Source: Spongiibacteraceae bacterium (GTDB taxonomy: Bacteria; Pseudomonadota; Gammaproteobacteria; Pseudomonadales; CAMLJR01). Taken from it: 39,583 nt of DNA. Where the stretch lies: the NCBI GenBank assembly GCA_036502545.1, contig DASXYH010000219.1, positions 1-39,583 of the forward strand, in the 5' to 3' direction. Of the stretch, positions 1 through 7,987 are shown in pieces. Position 1 is the first letter of the stretch; every line of letters begins with the position of its first letter. A program made the position numbers and the translations under genes. The notes below the pieces were generated by a model. That model was not told where the DNA came from, made no database searches, and saw nothing but the letters and a program-made list of their open reading frames with translations.

Positions 1-98
1 AATTCCTCGGGCGTAAATCCATTGTTTGGCACGAGAGGAAAAATTTTATCAATAATGTGCAGATGGCTGTCAAATAATTCAAATCCATCAAGCAGCAT
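1..98 (-). CDS. amidohydrolase-family metal hydrolase, N-terminal fragment running off the window edge
   Basis: My translation from ATG at 98-96 (minus) gives MLLDGFELFDSHLHIIDKIFPLVPNNGFTPEE. AGGAG (plus-strand ctcct, 105-109) lies 6 nt upstream. 'SHLH' resembles the HxH metal motif of amidohydrolase_2-type enzymes. Only 32 codons are visible. Confidence 0.4.
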   Translation of the reverse strand, partial: MLLDGFELFDSHLHIIDKIFPLVPNNGFTPEE

Positions 99-141
99 AT
101 TGTTCTCCTGAAGCCGTCGCTGGCCCCATAAATACTTTAAG

Positions 142-415
142 GGAAACTCTGAATTAAGTGTTTTTGGTAAAGGCACGCTGTAGCAGAGCATGAGGCGCCG
201 GAAGGGATTCTCTTTTCCAGGACAAGAAGGTGATCTCATCGAAGCTGCGGTGCCATTCGTCAGCGGAGAAGCCGATGAATTCTACTAGGTCGATCACACC
301 GAGGCTATTTGAATGCTCGCCACGGAAGTCCTGAAAAAGAGAATCCCTTCCGGCGCCAACCCGCGGCGAGAACGGTGCGGTAATTAGAGTGGTAAAACAC
401 TTAATCAGAGTTTCT
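142..415 (+). mobile_element. MITE-like structured repeat, copy A (274 bp)
   Basis: Terminal inverted repeats are ggaaactctgaattaagtgttttt (142-165) and aaaacacttaatcagagtttct (394-415). The element is flanked by direct TAAG (138-141 and 416-419). The inner 30-nt inverted repeat, 194-223 vs 328-357, is 29/30 complementary. The element is homologous to 18515-18789 (inverted) and to 39089-39282. Confidence 0.8.
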
Positions 416-754
416 TAAGAATAAAACGCATACATCCGTACTGCAAATGGAGAGTTGCGCACGATGCAACAAGCCCCTCGTCATTTTACAGTGGTGAAAT
501 AAATATTTCTTTACTGCGACAGATAAGTTTCGCTTGCAGATTTTCAGACAGCCGAGAGCGGATAAAAATGTATGCATGTGGATTGCGGGAAATAACGATA
601 TAAATATCTTTCGTTGCTGATTGACGCGAAATCACTTGTTCCCAGACACTTACTTCGAACATGGCAGGCGACAAATGAATCGCGCTGCATGGCAGATGCT
701 TTTCCATTTTTTTAAACCGTCTGTAATTCGACAACTTCAAACAGTTGAACTGCT

Positions 755-1840
755 ATGAGCTATTTAAGAAATACCTGGTACGTAGCCGGTTGGGATTACG
801 AGATCTCAAGAGAGATGATGGCGCGGGTGATTCTGGAGGAATCTATATTGCTGTATCGCAAGGAGGACGGCTCCGCGGTGGCGATGTCCAATAGATGCCC
901 CCACCGAATGGCCCCTTTGCAAAAAGGTAAATTGAAAGGCGATGCTGTGGAGTGCCCATATCATGGCTTGGTCTTCGACACGACGGGGCGCTGCATACAC
1001 AATCCGCACCCGCACGGCAACGGACCGATTCCGCCGGAGATGAAGCTTCGACAATACCCGGTTGTCGAGCGCGATGGCGCCATCTGGATTTGGATGGGCG
1101 ATCGGCCGGCAGATTCTTCATTGATACCCGATTACCACTGGATTTCCGCTACCGCGCATTACAGGACGACGCGGGGCGTCATTGAAATCGCCTGCAACTA
1201 TCAATCCGTCGCGGACAATCTTCTCGATTTAACTCATCTGTCGTACGTGCATCCCAGTGGGCTTGGGCCGAACCTGAACGATGTTATGAGCGAACGTCTT
1301 GAGCACGTGATCGAGAACAAGCAAGTGTGGTGCAAGCGCACGGCGAAAAATGTTCGCGCGAGTATGGATTTCCAGATGCTGAATCCCCGCATTCGCGATG
1401 TGGCGGTGGACAAAAAGCACGACGTGCGCTGGATTGCGCCCGCGCATTCACTGATCAGCGTTCATTACGTCAAAGCGGGAACCCAATCCACCGATGCGAC
1501 TGGCGCCGACATCGGTCATATGGCGACACCGATATCGCCGACTAAAACCCTAATGTTCTGGAATATTTCGCGCAATTTCTTGCTCGACAGCGCTGAAGTG
1601 GACGTACGTATGGAGCAATTTGCGCATATCGCGATTGATCACCAGGACGCGGTGATTATGGCGGAACAGCAGCGCATGATGGGAAATGAATGGGACATCA
1701 ACCGATTAAATCCCGTTTGTCTGCCCAATGACATATCGGTGAATCGGGCACGGAATATTTTGCGGCGCATGATCGATGAAGAAAACGGTGTCATTGCGAG
1801 AACTGCAGACGTGGTGAATCTGACTGCAGAGATCGATTGA
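755..1840 (+). CDS. Rieske [2Fe-2S] non-heme iron oxygenase, VanA/PAO-like alpha subunit (paralog 1)
   Basis: 361-aa ORF. Rieske ligands are CPHRMAPL...CPYHGLVF (CxH...CxxH). The mononuclear iron motif is DNLLDLTHLSYVH. The N-terminus aligns with the downstream paralog (LRNTWYVAGWDYE vs LRNIWYIAAWDYE). There is no clear SD before the ATG. Confidence 0.85.
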   Translation: MSYLRNTWYVAGWDYEISREMMARVILEESILLYRKEDGSAVAMSNRCPHRMAPLQKGKLKGDAVECPYHGLVFDTTGRCIHNPHPHGNGPIPPEMKLRQYPVVERDGAIWIWMGDRPADSSLIPDYHWISATAHYRTTRGVIEIACNYQSVADNLLDLTHLSYVHPSGLGPNLNDVMSERLEHVIENKQVWCKRTAKNVRASMDFQMLNPRIRDVAVDKKHDVRWIAPAHSLISVHYVKAGTQSTDATGADIGHMATPISPTKTLMFWNISRNFLLDSAEVDVRMEQFAHIAIDHQDAVIMAEQQRMMGNEWDINRLNPVCLPNDISVNRARNILRRMIDEENGVIARTADVVNLTAEID

Positions 1841-1878
1841 GGAAGATCGAAATTTAATTCATCGATGAGGATGTCGTT

Positions 1879-2970
1879 GTGATTGGGTTACGAAATATTT
1901 GGTACATCGCGGCATGGGATTATGAAGTTACTGAGCGCCCCGTAGAGCGCATTATTCTGGAAAAATCCGTCGTTGTTTTCCGCGCCGCGGACGGCAGCGC
2001 GAGCGTGCTCGACAATGCGTGTCCCCATCGGTTTGCGCCATTGAGCAGAGGGCGGGTCATTGCCGGCAATATCGAATGCGCTTACCACGGCCTGCGCTTC
2101 AACAGTGACGGCAAATGTATTCACAATCCTCATCCGAATGGTTGCGGACCGATTCCACCTGCGCTCTGCGTGCGGAAATATCCGGTTGTAGAACGCCACT
2201 GTGCGATCTGGGTATGGATGGGCGACAAGGTACCCGACGAGACGCTGATACCGGACTATCACTACATCGACGATACCGAAAATTACCGAACGTTTCGCGG
2301 TGTGTTCGAACTTGACAGTCATTACTGGCTGGGTTGCGACAACGCGCTCGATCTTACGCACGTCACGTATGTTCATGCCGGCGGCTTGGGCGGCGGAGCT
2401 GACAATGTCATCAATGAACGCCGAGAACTTGTGCGCGACGGCAACTCGCTGTGGTGCAAGCGCTATAACGACGACATCGTCGCCGGCCCCGATTTTCGGC
2501 GCTTCAATCCTGCGCTCAACGACATCAAGGTCGACAAACAGCAGAACGTGCGCTGGGACCCACCGGGCAACATTCTGATCGTTATCTTGTATACGAAAGC
2601 GAACGAGCCGGATGCGTGCAAGACCAGTGTCTACGCCGGCAATATGTTGTGCCCGGTCTCAGATACGAAAACTCGTTTTCACTGGAGCGTGTCGCGCGAT
2701 TTCGCACTGGATAGCGACAAGCTGGATGATGCCATGCGCGCCGTCACTGAACTTGCATTGATCAAGCAGGATAAGGCAATGATCGAAGATCAGTTGACGT
2801 TGATGGGTACGATCGATATCGATGAACTCAATCCGGTGTATATCCAAGACGATGTGCTGCCGTTGCGCGCGAAAATGACACTCGATGCGATGATCAAAAC
2901 GGAAAGCCAAGAGCGCGTTGACGAAGCGTTGAACTGGAGAACACCACACATCAGCCTTACGCCAGCTTGA
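1879..2970 (+). CDS. Rieske [2Fe-2S] non-heme iron oxygenase, VanA/PAO-like alpha subunit (paralog 2)
   Basis: 363-aa ORF with a GTG start and GAGGA 7 nt upstream. Motifs are CPHRFAPL...CAYHGLRF and DNALDLTHVTYVH. It aligns along its full length with the 755-1840 product. Confidence 0.85.
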   Translation: MIGLRNIWYIAAWDYEVTERPVERIILEKSVVVFRAADGSASVLDNACPHRFAPLSRGRVIAGNIECAYHGLRFNSDGKCIHNPHPNGCGPIPPALCVRKYPVVERHCAIWVWMGDKVPDETLIPDYHYIDDTENYRTFRGVFELDSHYWLGCDNALDLTHVTYVHAGGLGGGADNVINERRELVRDGNSLWCKRYNDDIVAGPDFRRFNPALNDIKVDKQQNVRWDPPGNILIVILYTKANEPDACKTSVYAGNMLCPVSDTKTRFHWSVSRDFALDSDKLDDAMRAVTELALIKQDKAMIEDQLTLMGTIDIDELNPVYIQDDVLPLRAKMTLDAMIKTESQERVDEALNWRTPHISLTPA

Positions 2971-3023
2971 TGCGCGGACGGAACGTCAGTCAGTCAGATC
3001 GATTTAAGACGAGGAGGAAAGTC

Positions 3024-4787
3024 ATGGAAGCGATGACAGCGTATATCGATCGCGCGCACGGCGCAGAGATACCGCGGCAAGATTTTTCCAGGCGATTTAA
3101 TCTGCCTACGGCGGCATCCGTGATCGAGGCTTTTGAACAAACGGTTTCGTCGCATCCGCATAACGGCTACACATTTCAGGACGCCAGGGGAAATGATGTT
3201 TTTTTTAAATTCCCGCGGCTCGCCGAGGAAGTCACACAATGCGCTGCGTATCTGACGCACATTGGCGGACTGTCGAAAGGCGACAGAGCGCTATTGATTA
3301 CCGAGCAACCGCAAGGTTTCGTCATCGCCTTTCTTGCATGCTTCAAGCTGGGGGTCATACCGGTTCCTCTCGCGAATGCCGACTACCTGCGCAGCGAGAG
3401 CGACCGCGAGCGGCTTTTGGAGGTGATTAAGCTGTGCCAGCCTGCCGCAATCATTTGCGATGAGAATATGCTGGAATCACTGCAGGCCGCTGTCACCGTC
3501 AATCATCTCGATATGCAGATCTGCCTGGCCTCGGCCAAATCATCTTTGCCTGTCAATTATCCTGCCATCGGCGCAGACGATACGGCTTATCTGCAATTAA
3601 CTTCCGGCACTACATCGGCGGTGAAGGCGGTCATCGCGACGCACCGCAGTCTCATTTCGAACTCGATCGGCATTATGGGCGCGACTGGTTTGCAACTGGA
3701 TACAGAAAAAGATGTGGCGGTGACGTGGCTGCCGCTATTTCACGATATGGGCGTTATCGGTTTTCTCATCTGTACCATCGTACGCGGACTGAATACGGTT
3801 TTTATGCCGACGAAACGGTTTCTCCGTCGCCCGTCGTGCTGGTTAGAAGCCTTAGTCAAATATCGCGCGAACATATCGTACGGCCCCAACTTTTCTTTTC
3901 TGCTGATCGACCGTCTTGTGAAAGAAGAAGAACTCGCGAAATTCGATCTGCGCCACGTCAAGGCTATCGGTTGCGGCGCCGAACCGATCGATCCGCGACT
4001 GATGCGACGGTTCTCTGAAAAACTGCACAAGCTCGCGCGATTGCCGCTATCCGCCGTTAAACCTTCGTATGGACTTGCAGAGAATACGCTGTGCGCCACG
4101 ATGACGCCGATCGAAGAGTCATTCCATACCGTATCGATTGACGATGAGATTTACCGAACTCAGGGACTGGTTGTCGAAACTTGCAAATCGCCGACCGCGC
4201 TCGAAGTCATAGCCTGCGGCAAGCCGATTGTGAACAGCGTCGTTGCCGTCGTCGATCATGACAGGCGGCCACTCGGACCTGGAAAAAAAGGCGAAATTGC
4301 AGTGAGCGGCAACAGTGTCGCGCGCGGATATTACAATAACTCGGCGGATACGCAAGCCGTCTTCGCCGACGGTTGGCACTATACCGGCGACGTCGGTTTC
4401 GTTCAGCGCGGATATTTATTCGTCACCGGGCGCAAGAAAGATCTCATCATTTTCAACGGCAAAAATTATGCGCCCCACGAAATCGAGTGGTGTGTCGAGC
4501 AGATCGATGGCATACGCAAGGGATCGGTCATCGCATTTCCGATTCCAGGCGAAACCCACGAGCGCATAGGTTTGTTAATTGGTTGTCGTGATTATGTCGG
4601 CGCGGATCTCGACAACGATGTGAAGCGGCGCGTTTTCAATCAGCTAAAACTCCCTGTCGATATCGTCATCGCGGTTGCCCCCAAAGATATCCCGAAAACA
4701 AGCTCTGGAAAGCTGAAACGCAACCTTGTCAAACAGCGCTTTCAAGATGGTTTTTACAATAATCTGTTGAGGAGTAGCCATGAGTGA
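3024..4787 (+). CDS. fatty acyl-AMP ligase (FAAL)-type adenylating enzyme
   Basis: AMP-binding motifs are LQLTSGTTSAVKAV, YGLAENT, YTGDVGF and GRKKDLIIFNGKNYAPHEIE; the last is typical of FAAL/FadD32-like enzymes. I prefer ATG 3024, which is preceded by GAGGAGGAAA. The in-frame alternatives are TTG 2967 and ATG 2970. Confidence 0.8.
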   Translation: MEAMTAYIDRAHGAEIPRQDFSRRFNLPTAASVIEAFEQTVSSHPHNGYTFQDARGNDVFFKFPRLAEEVTQCAAYLTHIGGLSKGDRALLITEQPQGFVIAFLACFKLGVIPVPLANADYLRSESDRERLLEVIKLCQPAAIICDENMLESLQAAVTVNHLDMQICLASAKSSLPVNYPAIGADDTAYLQLTSGTTSAVKAVIATHRSLISNSIGIMGATGLQLDTEKDVAVTWLPLFHDMGVIGFLICTIVRGLNTVFMPTKRFLRRPSCWLEALVKYRANISYGPNFSFLLIDRLVKEEELAKFDLRHVKAIGCGAEPIDPRLMRRFSEKLHKLARLPLSAVKPSYGLAENTLCATMTPIEESFHTVSIDDEIYRTQGLVVETCKSPTALEVIACGKPIVNSVVAVVDHDRRPLGPGKKGEIAVSGNSVARGYYNNSADTQAVFADGWHYTGDVGFVQRGYLFVTGRKKDLIIFNGKNYAPHEIEWCVEQIDGIRKGSVIAFPIPGETHERIGLLIGCRDYVGADLDNDVKRRVFNQLKLPVDIVIAVAPKDIPKTSSGKLKRNLVKQRFQDGFYNNLLRSSHE

Positions 4788-5058
4788 ATACGCTAGGGTA
4801 GACGCTTTCGAAATCATTAAGAGCTGCATCGCGCAATCGTTGCCCGAGCTGGCGATTGCGAATATTACCGAGGATGTCAGCTTGAGTTCGCTGGGGGTGG
4901 ATTCGATCAAGCTGGTCGAAATCAGCGTTCGCATTGAAGAGGCGTTCGGCGAAAAAGTTGTTATTGACGACTGGATTGATGAACAAATGAATCTTGATGT
5001 CGACGATCGCTACACCATTCGCTCGCTGATCGAATTCGTGGAGCTCGCTCATGCCTAG
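4780..5058 (+). CDS. stand-alone acyl carrier protein
   Basis: 92 aa and acidic. The phosphopantetheine attachment motif is LGVDSIKLVE. The start overlaps the FAAL stop by 8 nt. Confidence 0.8.
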   Translation: MSEYARVDAFEIIKSCIAQSLPELAIANITEDVSLSSLGVDSIKLVEISVRIEEAFGEKVVIDDWIDEQMNLDVDDRYTIRSLIEFVELAHA

Positions 5059-6067
5059 ATCGGATGGAAAAATTAAAATCAAAGTATTGAGCTCGTACAT
5101 CTACGAAAAAGGTGTAGGCCCGCAGGAAAATATGGGGCGCTCCAACAAGTGGTACAAGGGCTTCGTAAAAGCGCTGCTAGCACGCAATGTCGATTTGAAC
5201 AAACTGGACATAGATTTCGTCGGCCTTTCCACCGACCGGTCCGACGATTTTCGAGTCGCGCAGCGATTCGGCGAAGAAGGGGCGGCGCTGGTTATCTGTC
5301 CGGGCACGGATGCCGCTGTCCGCTGGAGCAAACAAAGTCATTCGATTCCAACGGTGTATTTTGGCGCGCACCCCGAAAACAACGGCATTGAATTGCACGA
5401 GCGCGCAAATATTTGCGGCGTTCGACTCAATTTACCGCTGATTTGGTCCCCTGCAAATTTCAAAACCGTCAAGGAACTGCTGCCGAACATAGAGCACATT
5501 TATTTTCCGCTAAATCGAGAGTCGGAATTTGTGTTCGATAATGTGCGCTCGCTCTACAAGTCATTTCGCGAAAAATCCGAAACATCGTGGATTCCGCACA
5601 ACAGCCATTACATCGGTCATCGCAGTATCACTTTTTTGTGCGAATCGATTGATTGCGAATATTTCGAAGGCCCTTACAGCGGTACTTCCGAATTAGGGAC
5701 GCTGCTTGAATCGATCAGAACGGTTGAGAAAAAGCTGATCGTCGGTTTCAACGATACAACCTTGGTTCCGGGCGCTATCGATTTGATTTCGAAATACGTT
5801 AGAGCGTACGGCGTTCCGTTGCTGTGGGTGAACAATTTTCCTGTGATTCAAGATTGCGGTGTGGCCGATTTCTCCAGCGATTTTTTTAGAGTCGGCATGT
5901 GCGTTGGCGATTTGGCGCACGCGCTGCTGTTTGAAGGCGCCACACCCAAGGACCTCGGCCTGCTGCCGGATCCAGGCCAAAAAACCGGACTGAATTTAAG
6001 TCGCTGCGCTGCGCTGAATATCGATGTCCCAGCGGCGCTCAGATCGAAATTCGATATTGCCGTCTGA
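5051..6067 (+). CDS. leaderless periplasmic-binding-protein-fold protein (resembles the ABC_sub_bind family)
   Basis: 338 aa. The pattern GFVKALL...ALVICPGTDAAV...IPTVYFGAHPENNGI...NICGV...LLPNIEHIYFP...LNLSRCAALNIDVPAAL resembles the PF04392-type substrate-binding fold from memory. I see no N-terminal signal peptide or lipobox. The start overlaps the ACP stop by 8 nt. Confidence 0.45.
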   Translation: MPRSDGKIKIKVLSSYIYEKGVGPQENMGRSNKWYKGFVKALLARNVDLNKLDIDFVGLSTDRSDDFRVAQRFGEEGAALVICPGTDAAVRWSKQSHSIPTVYFGAHPENNGIELHERANICGVRLNLPLIWSPANFKTVKELLPNIEHIYFPLNRESEFVFDNVRSLYKSFREKSETSWIPHNSHYIGHRSITFLCESIDCEYFEGPYSGTSELGTLLESIRTVEKKLIVGFNDTTLVPGAIDLISKYVRAYGVPLLWVNNFPVIQDCGVADFSSDFFRVGMCVGDLAHALLFEGATPKDLGLLPDPGQKTGLNLSRCAALNIDVPAALRSKFDIAV

Positions 6068-6098
6068 CGATTACATCAAGGTAGCGAGGGAGCTTCGT

Positions 6099-6611
6099 AT
6101 GTTCGATGAAAATATCAAGTTGCTTCCAACCGGATACCACGTCACCGCGGCGCGCATCCCTTTCGGCTTTGTCGACAGCTACGGTTATTTGTGGCATGGG
6201 CACGCGCTTCGATTTTTTGAAGACGGGCGCGCCGATACGGTGAGGGGAAGAGGGCTGACAGCAAAAGATTTTCGCGAGCTGCAACTTGCGGTGCCGATGG
6301 TGAACACACAGACCAACTATCACTCGCCCGCTTACGATGACGAGCTCATCCATATCCATACCTCGCTAAAAAAACCCGAGCTGCCGCTGCCTCGCCTTTA
6401 TTTCGATTACCGCATCACGCGGGCCAGCGACAACACGCTGCTGATCAGCGGACAAACCAAGCAGGTCATGGTGAAGGTGGAAGGAAATCGAATCATCGTG
6501 AGGACGCCAGGCGTTGTGCTCGATCGGTTGGAAAACCTTTGGCACTATCTTTCGACCGCGTGCCTTTCGACCGTTTGCAAAGACACCCACTCGTTAGCGG
6601 TAGGGGAATGA
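6099..6611 (+). CDS. 4HBT/YbgC-like hotdog acyl thioesterase
   Basis: The segment FGFVDSYGYLWHGHALRFFEDGRAD fits the D..G.v.H..y..ffE..R motif of YbgC-type thioesterases. The start is ATG 6099 after GAGGGAG; the ORF track extends upstream to 6024. Confidence 0.65.
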   Translation: MFDENIKLLPTGYHVTAARIPFGFVDSYGYLWHGHALRFFEDGRADTVRGRGLTAKDFRELQLAVPMVNTQTNYHSPAYDDELIHIHTSLKKPELPLPRLYFDYRITRASDNTLLISGQTKQVMVKVEGNRIIVRTPGVVLDRLENLWHYLSTACLSTVCKDTHSLAVGE

Positions 6612-7342
6612 CCGTGGAGCATTGGATTGTCATTCCGGTTTTAATGATCTGCGCAACGGTACAGTCGGTCTTTGGTGTCGGTGTGCTGGTGTTCGGCACA
6701 CCGAGTCTGTTGCTCGCCGGTTATTCCTTCACCGAAGTACTCAGCATTCTGCTTCCGTGTTCGCTTGTCATCAGCACTTTACAAGTCGCTGTCGGTTTTC
6801 AATATACAAAAGGGCACCGGCTTTCTTTGCCGCTAATCGTCATTCCCGGCATAGCGCTTGGCCTGTATTTCGTCACGCGGAATATGTTCAAGGATGAAAT
6901 CAAACTGATCGTTGCCGCCATGCTGCTGGTGACTGCCGTGCTGCGTGCGAGCCATATAGCCAAAGCGATGCTTGGCAAATTCATTCGCAGGCATCAAGTC
7001 GTGTATAGCGCGCTGATGGGCTTCGTTCACGGATTGTCGAATATGGGCGGCGCACTGCTGGCTGTAATGATCGCGAGCCTGCATTCGGAGAAAGAGTCTA
7101 TTCGCGCGAATATCGCCTATGGCTACCTGATATTTGGCGTTACTCAGATTTTAGTCATGTCGCAGTTGGACGCCAATTTTTTACGCAGCATCAATCTGTT
7201 TTACCCGGCGTTATGCGCGCTCGTGTTCGCCGTCGCCAACCATCTCATCTACAACAGAATCAGCAACAAACGCTATGACCCGGTGCTGACCGCTGTTATT
7301 GGTGTCTATGGGCTGAGTTTGATTTTGTTGCGCTTGATTTAA
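6608..7342 (+). CDS. TSUP (TauE/SafE) family membrane transporter
   Basis: A polytopic hydrophobic protein with Gly-rich helices (VFGVGVLVFGTP; GLSNMGGALLAV). ATG 6608 overlaps the thioesterase stop as ATGA. Confidence 0.6.
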   Translation: MTVEHWIVIPVLMICATVQSVFGVGVLVFGTPSLLLAGYSFTEVLSILLPCSLVISTLQVAVGFQYTKGHRLSLPLIVIPGIALGLYFVTRNMFKDEIKLIVAAMLLVTAVLRASHIAKAMLGKFIRRHQVVYSALMGFVHGLSNMGGALLAVMIASLHSEKESIRANIAYGYLIFGVTQILVMSQLDANFLRSINLFYPALCALVFAVANHLIYNRISNKRYDPVLTAVIGVYGLSLILLRLI

Positions 7343-7376
7343 ACGGACGCCGTTTTTGCCAATGGGGAATTGAATT

Positions 7377-7856
7377 ATGGATATACGGCGTTTCAACATG
7401 ATTGATGAAATCAGTTTTCTCGATACCAATTCCGGACACATCGAATGCCGCACCAGCGTGGCCAGCGAAGAGGAAATATTCAAGCACCATTTTCCGGCTT
7501 ATCCGGTACTTCCCGGCGCTTACCTGATCGAATCGATGGCGCAATGCTGCGCGCATTTTGTACTCGCCAAAAACAATTTTGAGCGTCTGCCCTTTCTTGT
7601 CGGCGTCGAACGCTCAAGGTTCAAATGTTTTATCGCGCCGGGCGATGAACTGGTTGTGAATGCGACAAAGACGCGGCAGCGCGGCGATTTGTATCATTTC
7701 GATGTTCAGGTCCACAGCAATAATCGGCTGAGCGCCGAAGCGCGCATCACGATGAGTTGCATGTGCTATCCCGGCGAAAGGCTGACGGATTTGTTTTTCA
7801 TTCAACGGTCGCGCACGAACATGATCGCGCTCGGCGCACTGCAAGATGCGGTTTGA
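7377..7856 (+). CDS. FabZ/FabA-like beta-hydroxyacyl-ACP dehydratase (hotdog fold)
   Basis: The active-site signature is HHFPAYPVLPGAYLIESMAQ, with the catalytic His and Glu positions in the FabZ pattern. Confidence 0.75.
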   Translation: MDIRRFNMIDEISFLDTNSGHIECRTSVASEEEIFKHHFPAYPVLPGAYLIESMAQCCAHFVLAKNNFERLPFLVGVERSRFKCFIAPGDELVVNATKTRQRGDLYHFDVQVHSNNRLSAEARITMSCMCYPGERLTDLFFIQRSRTNMIALGALQDAV

Positions 7857-7987
7857 AATAATCGACAATGGTTTTTCAAAAACGGTTTTCGACGATGGTT
7901 TTCAACGGTTTTCAACAACGGTTTCAGCGGCGCGGTTCGATGCGGCCGATCGCCAACTAAGGCCGGATCGCAAGGGAGGACAGCGGG

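Noticed and set aside
486-740. 84-aa minus-strand ORF immediately upstream of the first Rieske gene
   Set aside because: I recognise no domain and see no convincing SD. Its start would lie 14 bp from the divergent Rieske ATG, leaving no promoter space. I treat 416-754 as non-coding leader or promoter until shown otherwise.
2967-3023. Alternative FAAL starts at TTG 2967 and ATG 2970 (ATG shares one nt with the upstream TGA stop, as TGATG)
   Set aside because: These are possible through translational coupling. However, the strong GAGGAGG SD precedes ATG 3024 and the extra 19 residues are Arg-rich with no homology pattern. I keep them as an alternative only.
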